Part shown: positions 50,181 to 61,549 of the stretch, in pieces
Layout of the letters: each line of letters starts with the position of its first letter
Position numbering within the stretch: position 1 is the stretch's first letter
Made by a program: the position numbers and the translations under genes
NCBI RefSeq assembly: GCF_964355755.1
Contig: NC_092673.1
Coordinates: 23,681,648 to 23,745,647 of the forward strand
Length of the DNA stretch: 64,000 bases
Direction of reading: 5' to 3'
Source: Antedon mediterranea
Lineage: Eukaryota > Animalia > Echinodermata
Notes under the pieces: model-generated
The model's database searches: none
What the model was told of the DNA's origin: nothing
The model's input: the letters and a program-made list of their open reading frames with translations, nothing else

Positions 50181-50409
50181 CTATCCACTGGAGAAACCAG
50201 GCCCTTATCACAGAAAACTTGTTCTACCATCAAAACTATGGTTGAGGTGAACATTCAAACTGTGCCGATTGTACAGTTTGTGGTGCCTCAGGCTTAACTG
50301 CTCAGCCACTTAACTCGCCATAGTATATATAATTGGTTACATTAAAGTAATTACATTTTCAATCCAGCATGTGATGATTGTTTAATGAGATATAGTTTTA
50401 ATTATCTAG

Positions 50410-50581
50410 ATGGCAACCAATGTTTTTATGGTAAATGTTTCTACTGTACGCCGTTGGAACCAGCATGTGCTGAAGGTGAAATCATGGAAGGCTCAGTGAC
50501 ATTATGGCTACCAAAGAAAATGGCACTGCGACGTTGGCGCCACCCCTGGAGTAGAACTTACAAGGAAGGGGTTCAAGCAAG
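50410..50581 (+). CDS. FAM20B: Glycosaminoglycan xylosylkinase, coding exon 4
   Basis: TCTAG| then (D)GNQCFYGKCFYCTPLEPACAEGEIMEGSVTLWLP...RHPWSRTYKEGVQA(R) then |GTAAAC. Confidence 0.95.
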
Positions 50582-51533
50582 GTAAACATAATGAAAAATG
50601 TAAATAATTTACATTTTTCTATTCAACTTATTTTATCAGAAGGCATAATATGGTAAGGAATCAAACCTCTTCTGACTTTTTCTCACACTGCCTCATTCAA
50701 TGAGTAGCATATTAAGGCGTTATGTAGTGCACAATAAAACAAGGACATTTTTCTCCCCGCTAATCAAGGTACATTTGGATTAAAAACATTTGCAAAATTT
50801 CTATCTACCCAAAATTCATTTTATTACTACACACATACTATATGAAGAAAATCTGTGTTGTTTTTATATCATTATCTACACTGTTATACCATTATAGAAA
50901 GGTATCTATTTATTTAATAGTTGACAACATTTATTTTATTATCGTAATAAATTTTAATGTAGCATCATTTATATTAGTAATTACCTATAAAATCTAATTC
51001 CAAATTCCATAGTGTAGTTTTATGGTTAATAAACTGTATCAACGAGCATTTAAAATATTAAAAAAATATTATTGATTTGTAATTTATAAACGGTGTCAAT
51101 ATAGCCATTTCTTATCAAATACTCGCAACTTCTTAACTCACAACAAAATGTCAGACTTAGTATGTTCTCAAACATCACCGTTTGCGATGTTGTATTGAGC
51201 TGACAATTTTTAGAAAGTGTTTAAAATTTGTAAAACTCAGTTTTTATGTCTGCTTGAAGACTAGTGTTAAATGTTTAGATAATATTCTTCCACTAAGCTA
51301 ATGTTTCCACGCAAATGCAACATTTTGCAGAGAAAAAAAATTGCACTGCCCTTTCCACTACAAAAACGAATAGCTACTATTGGTTGCAAATTTTTTCGCT
51401 TTGCAAAAAGTTAAAACAAAAACCTCAAGGTACTAGAATTTGTCGCAGAAAGGGATTTGGAAGATAGAACCATAAATATGCATGCGTATAAGCTGACCCT
51501 TTTGATTCACACAAACAAACTTTATGCTACTAC

Positions 51534-51679
51534 TAAAGCTCTGTCTATACTATCAAAGTTTATGTGACAAAAAAATGTGATGCGCCTATATACGGACATG
51601 ATGATGTCATATCACTACCATATTTGGGCACATAACACTTTTTTTGTCAAACTAGTTTGATAGTGTAGAAAGAGCTTAA
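51534..51679. mobile_element. PIF/Harbinger MITE, family A, with TAA target duplication
   Basis: TAA|AGCTCTGTCTATACTATCAAA...TTTGATAGTGTAGAAAGAGCT|TAA. Confidence 0.9.
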
Positions 51680-54390
51680 CTTTAAAATAAGTGAACTTTA
51701 GGTAAGTGTGATTGGTAAATGTGACCACAGGGTCTCCACAAATATTTGTATGAGTGAAAGCTTAATTTGGTTTTAAAGATATAGGCAAAACAAAGATGAC
51801 CGTTTCTTGACTGTTTAGTTTGAACTCTGGTAGGCTTAAATGGTGTTATTTGAGTATGTTTAAGACATTAGTAAGTCATTGATGCTTTAAAGTATATTAA
51901 AAAATTTTTTTTTTTACTAAATCATCAATTAAAATTGTATTTTATCTCAACATCACCATAATTATTTCTTAATCCCCAAGGATCTTAATTGGAGAAATAA
52001 AAATTTATATTAAATTGCTACAATTTTCATTACATTATTATATTTTTTACTGGCGACATTTAGTCTATTGTCTCAGCTAATAACACTTTTAATAGTTCAT
52101 AAATTTAGATGCACAATGAAAATACTTTTTTTCATTCTTTATTTTTAAATATTTTCAATAGAAAGATTTTAATAAATATTTATTTTCCATATAACTATAT
52201 GCAACACTATTTTTCATTCTTTCCAAATAATTTTCTCGGCATCAAATTACTTTGCATAATTGTTTAAGTACATCAGTAATTTGCTGTATTTCAGTAGATG
52301 TTCAAATATTTTTTTATTTAATAATAAGAAAGACAGAATAAAATATGGAACTAGAACTGTATCAAACAATTTTGTAGACATATTTAAATGTCGAAACAGC
52401 AGTACAGTAACAGAGCAGTACTTTTTGCAATTTTATAGATAAAAACAACTGCATTTTATCTTTTATTGTGTGATACACCTCTTATTTATATTCCATATTT
52501 GTCCACTTGAAACCGGAAAAAAGAAATTTACAATAACAAATTGCAAACATACACAGGTTATATAAATATTTTACATGCACAAATAAGTATCATTAAAAAA
52601 CAATTTAAATAAAAAATTATATTTAAAAAACAGTGTCTATTTCTGTCTATAGTACTTTGATATTAATAAAAAAGATCTCTAAACAGCAGACAAACAAAAA
52701 ACATTTAATTGAAGACAAACAAACTTGACAAAAAGATATACTGCACTACGTAGTAGTTAATGGAATGAATTATCTATCTTATGCAGGGAATTTATCAAAT
52801 GTATGAAGGCTACAAAAGTATAATATCTATTTGTTCTTGTCTTAATGAGTTATCTGTTCATAAGGCAATGACTGGCTTCAGCCACTGATGGTAATATACA
52901 TTCTATGCTCACAAAAAAAAACCCATTGACAACTATTTACAGATGATTTATGCAATGTTGAATATCTGTTGTCAAAACTACCAATACCTTATTGCTTGTC
53001 AGTTGATTGAAAGACAAGTCTATGACTAGATGGCAACCAGCATAATGTCCCAATCATGATATTATCCCAGTACAGTATTTTAATGTTCTTATACATCTAA
53101 CCACTATATTGACTGTTTTATATTCGTATATGTTGTTATATTTTAAATGTTTTTTTAAAATTTTCTATTTGGATGCATTAAAAGGATGCTGCTGCTGTAA
53201 TTTTTGTATGGCATTTTTTCAAGGTAGAAGCAGTTGATTAATTTTTTGTTTTTCGCTTTATTTTATTCTCATTTCAATTATTGACACTTAATTATATATT
53301 GAATATTGCATAATGCATTTTAACTCTTTTTTTTAATGCTAAGTATAATAACATATGCCATACTGATTAATTTCATAAAGTTTACTCTAGAACAAAATAT
53401 TATTGAATTTTTGGATTGGTCGAAGGTGGAAAATATATTAATTGAAAACCTTACTGTCCTACTGTTTAATTTTCCTCAAATAAAACTGCCAAATGTTTTC
53501 ACCATTCAACTCATAACCATTCATTATTTATATATTATTTTACTATTACTGTTACCTTCTTCATTTCTCCATCTCCTTATGGTCTAAATGTTAAATTCAC
53601 AGGGGTGCATTAGATTCTCATAATTCAGCTGCCCCTTCTGGTGTAAAGTGTTTAATTGTGCTAATTATTCACACCCAATTATCATCAATTAATTTAATAT
53701 AAAAAAGTTATCAGTAGAAAGTGGCTTCTGTGTAAGAGAGTGGTATAATTATGGTTTAATTTGCATATACCAGCTGGTTAGAAGGTCATTTAACTAAATA
53801 TCAATTTATAATTATGATAGGAACATTGTGATATACTGTATGAATGTGTTGCTAGGGGTTTAGGAAGGGGAGATCATTGTTATTGACACTTAAATAAATG
53901 CAATAGTATATGCACTATAAAATAGTTTTCTCATTTCCTCACTCAACTCATGCCATTATTTGTACCATTACATTCATAAACTTATTTGTATATTACTGGT
54001 CTGTGAATGAGTAGTAAAATAGTATTTTTAAAATTAAAGAAAGTTGAGTCAAGTGGCAGGGCACATCAGCCATTAATTTTAGCACTGCTCCAAGGATCTC
54101 CTCAACGATTAGTTCTAGTAGTACAAAATAATAGGCATATGCACACAAAAAATACACAATAATATTAATAAATATAGTAAAAACAATTTTGTAAAAACAC
54201 ACAATAATTTTAATAAATATAGAAAAAAACACTTTTGTTGGATCAATCAATAACATTAAAAACATTTTTATTAAAGAGGAAGTTGTTCTTGCCTTTTTTG
54301 AAATAATTTAAAAAACAAACTACAGTACAAACTTATTAGCATGTCCACCTGATTGCTCCGGTTTTGTTCATTTTATTGGAAAGTTTCCCC

Positions 54391-54560
54391 TTAAAGGCCA
54401 ATTTACACAGATGAGCGGTAGCAATAATAAAAATATAGTTATTTCTTATGACCATTTACACAAAACATGGAACGAACATATGATTTTTGTTCAGGATAGA
54501 TACAGATCCTATGTGAGATAAGCTACGCGGTTTTCCGCTCACCGTTGGCGCTCGTCTGAA
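54391..54560. mobile_element. PIF/Harbinger-like MITE, family C
   Basis: TAAAGGCCAATTTACAC...ATTTCTTATGACCATTTACAC matches the reverse complement of 40357-40460. Confidence 0.6.
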
Positions 54561-55484
54561 TATAGTTGTTTCAAAGCAGTTGTTCTACTGTATCCTGTTC
54601 AAAGAAAATTTTAATAACTTAAATACTAATTTTTTTAGATTGTTTGTTTTTAACCTTGATGATACCTTTACATTAGGTGTTATTAAAATTCTTTTTAAAA
54701 TTCCATAACTAATCACAATTTGTCTGGACACATTGCTTGCAGCATTGTTTAATTTTGAAGGCCCGTAATTTTCTGTGTTGTAATTTTTTTAAGTGTTCGA
54801 AAGGTATGCTATTGAAATTTCATTAAGTTTAATGTGATTGTGAACCAGTCAGTAAAAATGTTTTAAGAAGGTCTTAGAAGGTAAAAATATCTTTTTTTTT
54901 TTATTAAAATACATTATCAAAATTTGCAAACAAAGACTAACCTGGAGAAGGAGGAAATTAAAAATGTTTGTTATGGAGATATTACTGTACACCTATTTTG
55001 AATTTATTCATCCTTCATGAATTTAATTACAATCAAATGCAATTACAGTAGTACAGTAAACAAAAATTAGCGTTACAAGGAAATCACGGATTGTTCATTC
55101 TTCTGATATATTATTCTTGACCGTACTAAAATACAAAACAGATAACATGGTTCTGAAAATGTAATTAATGGACTGTTGAAAGTCCGCAAGATTTATTTCC
55201 TATTCTCTTTTTCCCTTGGAGGTTAACAGTGAATAATTGGTTTACTTATGTTCAGGAAACATTTTGATACTACTTATAGATTTGATGAATGTAGTTGGTC
55301 CAAACTGTTTCCACAAGCTCGATCAGAGCACAAGTCACCCTGCAGCTTACAACTATTTACAAGAAGACCGCAATGATTTTCTTTATCATTCTTCTCATTA
55401 CTAAACTCCTGATCTTGCATAAGCTCAAATGCTGCAGGTGAACAGTTCATTTAAAGAACTTTTAGAAAGGATAAATTACAATTA

Positions 55485-58032
55485 CTAGATGGCACGCTCG
55501 CTTCGCTCGCGTACCATCTAGGGGTGCTCACAGATGGTTCTCGAATACAGTAGAATCCACGGACGGGGACTTTTTTGGGACACTAAACAAAAACGGAAGT
55601 GTCCCCCTAATTGGGGTATTCAGAAATAGAGACAACAAAACCAATACTGGATTCCATAAAGGACAATTAATTTATGTGGATTAAAGAAATTAGGGAGAAA
55701 TGGAAATGTATGTACGGGAATTGGGCGGCGGCACGTGGTGGTGGTGATGGAACCGCAGTAATAAAGTTGATTGTATTTATATTATAAGAACCAAACTAAA
55801 TAAATAGACCTAGACATTCTGCGAAATGGAAATCGGAAATTCAAGCTCCTATTCAGTGAAAAATTAAACTGTAGTCTACCTAAATATTTAGGGCAAATCA
55901 TCGGTTGTGGTGTTGAACTTCCTGTAAACATTTGTGTGAACCAAACTGGGTCGAATTTCTGTCATGAGTACTGATTTGTTGGCCTGTGATTTATGACGCC
56001 CAAGGGATCTATCTAGACTTATTTTTTAGAATAATGTACGTACCTGTCAGATACAATTGTCTTGTGTCGTATAATAAATAAGTACTGTAATAGTTACTGA
56101 AGTTACTATTACAATCTCGTCAATGAAAACACGAAAATGTATATGCACTTACTTATGAAAACGTATACAGTATTATACTCAGTTATTGAAACAGTAGGTT
56201 TAAAAAAGTTTCGTTTGTCTGTAAAATGATGTAATCAAGCTGTTTACATGAGTCTTAATTTATAAGCACATCAATAATAAAATAGTTTATCTATCCTGTA
56301 ATTGGCGAGATTATGGTCGCTGTTGAATGAAATAAAGCCAATCGGTATCATATTTGTACAGAAACGTTTTCGCGGCCGAAGGGTGTAACCTAAATTCGTT
56401 GTATTATCGTCAAGAACTAACTGTAACTAAACTTACATAGAAAGTAAGGTATCATAAATTTGGCCTTAGCACTCGGGGGAGTGGCTAAGATGAAGTCCGT
56501 GGGACTACTAAATATAAATTGTAATGAACCTCGAGGGACATAAATAGGAATATTTCATGTTTCATTATCAATGTATAATAAATGGAAACTGTTTACCGAT
56601 TCAAATAATAGAAATTGGTTTTTAACATTTTCCGAACCTATTGCAAGTTTATTCTCAAAGGGCCCATATATTTACCTACCGTATGTGTTAAACCAAGGGC
56701 TCATAAATTTACCTACAGTACTTGTGTTAAACCAAACTGGATGTTCCATTCATCGCAAATCAATACATTTGTATAATCGTATATTAAATCTATCAAAATA
56801 GTATTTTTTAAAGAAAATCGGCCTGTCTTCAACATTATGATGGTGTACTCTAGCAATCTATCAAAATAGTATTTTTTAAAGAAAATCGGCCTGTCTTCAA
56901 CATTATGATGGTGTACTCTAGCTGTTCAACCGGTTTTCAGCTATTAAAAACAATTATCGTAGGAGGAGATAGGAAAATGCGAAGCCTCCTCGCTATGTAA
57001 CATTAGGGTTGAGGGATGGGAAAGCGGATAGGTACAAAGAGGAACAATTTTTAAATATATTCTTTATCCACTGAGTAACGAAATATTTTGTTCATGTTTT
57101 ATAGGCCTATAAATAATATACCTCTAAATACAGTAGGCCTAAAACATTTGCGATTTAATACTTTGTTAAAACTGTCACTGTCATAATCGATTGAAATATT
57201 AAAGTACATGTCACGATACACCACTACGACGTTTATATTTTTGGTAATTATTAATTAATACAAACGTTGAGAAGGAACTGTCAGTATAAAGTTTATTTGT
57301 ATATCTAACAGTAGAGCCTATCCACAGTCTCAGTAATAAAGTTTATTTGTATATATTTTTATATTACATCTAACAGTACGAACATTCACAGTAAGAAATG
57401 TTCGATTCAAATGAAAAATAGTTAATAGGTATTTACAGTATTGTCAAAGTATTGCAAGTTTATTCTCAAAGGGCCCATATATTTACCTACCGTATGTGTT
57501 AAACCAAGGGCTCATAAATTTACCTGCAGTACTTGTGTTAAACCGAACTCTGGCAGACTGAGAGATTGGGATGTTCCATTCATCGCAAATCAATACATTT
57601 GTATAATCGTATATTAAATCTATCAAAATAGTATTTTTTAAAGAAAATCGGCCTGTCTTCAACATTATGATGGTGTACTCTAGCTGTTCAACCGGTTTTC
57701 AGCTATTAAAAACAATTATCGTAGGAGGAGATAGAAAAATGCGAAGCCTCCTCGCATTTTTTTGGCGGGTATTTTTCAAGATGGACATCCATTAGACAGT
57801 GTATACCACGATCGGAAAACACCCCTATTTGGGGCAAATCTTTGAACCTAAATTCGTTTTAATCGTCAATAACTAATTATCTAACTCAATTTAATTAGTA
57901 AACAGGGTTACATCAGGCGGTTAAAATCAGTACCGAAAGTACGAACCAACTTTACATACCATCGAGTGAAAATTCTAGAAGTAAGGCGCGATTTACCGAA
58001 TTTTGCCCTTACGTAAATTTATATATAGAAGA
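55485..58032 (-). mobile_element. Non-autonomous Helitron (possibly composite) with internal duplications
   Basis: Minus strand starts TCTTCTATATATA and ends GATGGTACGC-GAGCGAAGCGA-GCGTGCCATC-TAG|T (GC hairpin plus CTAG). Internal repeats: 56640-56993 vs 57451-57755, and a ~69 bp tandem repeat at 56787-56922. Confidence 0.65.
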
Positions 58033-59990
58033 CTTGAGCCTGAGGTGACAAATCGATTTTAATTTGTATTTACACGAGGTATTCCTTAAATGCATATCTC
58101 CTTGTTGAAATTTCATTTACCTTTGTTGAAATTTCATTCACCGAAAACCACATACATTTAGTACTATTTGCTATGTTTTGTATGTTATCAGCTGGGCTAA
58201 AAAATAGAGGTACATTAATCAATAATAATAATAAAGGTACTGTTTAGGCAATGGAATTCAAGACAGGAATGAATACAAAAAGCAAGTTTAATTAAACTAA
58301 TCAAACTGTTAATTACTATTTCATATCTATTGTTAGTTAGAAATATATAGTTTTTGCCCATAATACCAAACTAAAAATAGATATATTTTTTAATTTTTCG
58401 AGTATAATTCTGAGTACATGTTCTATATTGTTGATTTCTGTAAATGTACACAGTTGTTTTGTGACTGTGCAATTTAGTAATAGTCACTCTCATACTGTAC
58501 ATTTAAAAGTAACATCCAAATGCCAACTTCAAGTCAATGGCTACCAGATGTCTCTGTGAGAAGATTATTTGAACCAGTACCAGTACCAGTACACTCATGG
58601 TTTACACCTACACAGTGTACCAGGATTCAAATGGGTCCTTGAAATCCCAGAAAAACATTGGATTTGAAGCAATTGCAAAAGCAATATATCGCACTGGACT
58701 TTTATTTTGAGAAGTTTCAGCAGTAGATTTTCCTTTCTAAGTTTTCTGTAAGATTTTTAATGAAGTAATTCAGTGCGATTGCAGTTGTATTGTATCATTT
58801 ATACAATTATTTTCTTATTTTACTATATGGAATGGAATGTTAACCTATCATGTAAAACTGTTCAAAAGTAATAGAAAGGTCATTTAAAGTCTAGGAAATT
58901 ACCTTCTAAGAAAGTGTATGAACCTGTGCCATGATTAAGGTTCACTATTAAGGAAATTAGAAAATGAGATTGAAACATAGATAGATAGATTAGAGTCTCA
59001 ATTTGTCTTTACCCGTTTTATTTTACGAGGCAAATACACACTTTGATTTGCAAATAGTTGTGAAAAGTTTATGGTGTGAAAATTTAAAGCATGTTATTCT
59101 GATACAATTTATTGTATAGACAGAAAGTTATCCAAGGTACATTGTGAAAGGCTACAGTATACACCATCCATAAATTGCACTGAAATATGGTAATGCAATA
59201 TTTTTGTACCTAGAGTTCATTCAAGAACAGACAGTATTATTAACAGTATTATTAACAGTATTATTAACTTAGGTGACCAATACTATATAGCTTTTATGTT
59301 CATTTAATGTTTAAAAGCATAATAATGAGAGTGATATACTTTTACAATATTGTACTACGTGTCCGTCCTAATTTACATACTTATTTTACATTGCCGTCAG
59401 AATGGTTTTATCAAACAGAAGCTGTGGAATTCACGCATTCAAACATGCAGTAGAAAAGTCCATTACTTCCTAATGCGTATATATTATCATTCTATTAAAA
59501 AAAAAATCTTTTTAAAAATTTATTTTTTCCATCCCTTGAATGCTTAATATATCACAGTAAATATGCTTTATTCCTGACAATGAAAAAAAAAAATGAAATA
59601 TAGAATCATAATGGCTTGCCTCAAATATTTCAGAGTTTGTATAATGTTAATTATCAAACTTATTTGAGTTTACATAATTTACTGTGGGACGTCATCTGTA
59701 TACTGTCTGTGTGTGTGCCCTGGTGTGTGTGCCCTAGTTTGTGTTCCTCTGGAGTTTACTAGTCAACATGAAAAGGGTATTGGACTAGAATCTTCACAAC
59801 AGTACTGTTGTTGTGGCATTTTACTTTTTCCTGTGTGGTGCAACTGAGGTACAAAATTACTGTATTTACAGTACAGAGACCAGCATTACTCTATTATGGT
59901 TGCATAGCCTATTATAAGCTAAGATTGACATAGGAATGATAGGTTATCACGATTCTACTAATAGAATATTCAATTGATAGATTATTTTAA

Positions 59991-60155
59991 AACTCTCTCT
60001 GTGATCTATCAAACTATATAGTTCCAAATAGTGATGTGCCCAAATATAGTAGTGATGCCAAATATGGTAGTGATATGACATCATCATGTCCATATATGGG
60101 CACACCACACTTCTTTGTCACATAAAGCTAGGTTGATAGTGTAGACAGAGCCTAA
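59991..60155. mobile_element. PIF/Harbinger MITE, family A
   Basis: GATGTGCCCAAATAT...CATATATGGGCACA...TTGATAGTGTAGACAGAGC; left TIR degenerate. Confidence 0.8.
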
Positions 60156-60228
60156 TGGAATTAAGAGCAACCTTACCTTGTATAATTTTTTATTTCATTT
60201 TAAGTATGTGTTTTTTGCGTTGTAATAG

Positions 60229-60420
60229 GTGGGAGTATGATGATACCTACTGTGAGGATGTGAAAAGGAACTATCCAGTAAACAGGTTTCCTCTAATTCT
60301 TGACATGACAGATGCCGCTGTCTTTGATAGTTTGATTGGCAACGCTGACCGACACATGTACGAGACGTTCAAAGAGCATGGAGACACTGCTAGAATGTTG
60401 CATCTTGACAATGCTAAGAG
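60229..60420 (+). CDS. FAM20B: Glycosaminoglycan xylosylkinase, coding exon 5 (catalytic motifs); remaining exons lie beyond the window
   Basis: AATAG| then WEYDDTYCEDVK...AVFDSLIGNADRHMYETF...LHLDNAK then AG|GTAAGT. Confidence 0.95.
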
Positions 60421-61117
60421 GTAAGTAATTCATTCTGTTAGTCCTTGTAGCTGTAGATCATAAGAAAGATAAATATTGAGCGCTATAAGAAATCATATAT
60501 TATGAGGTAATTTCCCGATTGATCGTAATCAAAACGGTACTGGGTAATCTACTAGCTTTTCTGTTCCCAACTCGTCATCCATTCATGGAAGCCTAGATGA
60601 AGTAAGCCTACCTGGTGGTAACTATAGAACGGTTCCGAGATAACGACTATACTTCGGCTTTAGTTGATAGAAGATTGAAAAAATGGTTAGAGAGAGTATA
60701 CGGTGTTGCTATTAGTGTTTGATTTGTTACATTATGTGTGGAAGAGTCTATATAGAATTGATGTTCTGCGTTATTATAGTCATAATGATTAGTCCATGTC
60801 GTTTTGGTTAACCTATTGTTTTATACATATTTAAGATAATTAAAATAAATTTTATGATTATATTATTAATAATAAAAATGATATTTGTTAGTATAATTTC
60901 ATAATGAAAAAATAGATATAAAGAAGAAATAGCAAAGAGATTATGGAGCGGCTATTCCTGAATATACAATAATATATAATAATAATAATAAGTATCGTAA
61001 GTTAGTTTATAAATTTTAGGCGATCTTGTCAAAGGAAATCATTTATTCCGACAGCTGTTACAATGAGAAGATAATTTTGTGCAATTTGTATGTTCTGTAA
61101 ATGTATTTAAAACATTC

Positions 61118-61482
61118 TAAGGCCCATTTACACTAGGACGATAACGATTGACGATACATAAGCATGCATTTTTATTTACATAAAACAAAAGAAATTAGAA
61201 AGGTTTTCGTTCTAGAACTATATGATAATCATTTATGCTGTCTTTGATAATAATAATATTTTTTAAATTTCAATTAATTGACGTTATGATAATAAACTAT
61301 TATAACATAACGTCATTTGATTGGACGTGTGAAAATATCATTTTCATCAAAGGAAGCATAGATGGTTATTCTATAGTTCTAGAATGAAAAGTTTTTATAT
61401 TTCTTTAGTTTTATGTATGGAAAATGCACATATGTGTCAATTTATCATCGATCATTATCGTCCTAGTGTAAATGGGCCTTTA
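61118..61482. mobile_element. PIF/Harbinger-like MITE with long (~100 bp) imperfect TIRs
   Basis: AGGCCCATTTACACTAGGACGATAA / TTATCGTCCTAGTGTAAATGGGCCT is a perfect 25-bp pair, continuing imperfectly to TTCTAGAACTA / TAGTTCTAGAA. Confidence 0.85.
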
Positions 61483-61499
61483 GGCTTGGTAGATGATTG

Positions 61500-61549
61500 T
61501 AAAGCTCTGTCTGCTCTATCAAAATAGTTCGACAAAAAAAATTGTGATG
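61500..61549. mobile_element. Partial PIF/Harbinger MITE, family A
   Basis: TAAAGCTCTGTCTGCTCTATCAAAATAGTTCGACAAAAAAAATTGTGATG. Confidence 0.6.

Noticed and set aside
55274-55450. 58-codon minus-strand ORF (MNCSPAAFELMQ...) in the FAM20B intron
   Set aside because: Short, no recognisable motif, no supporting exons
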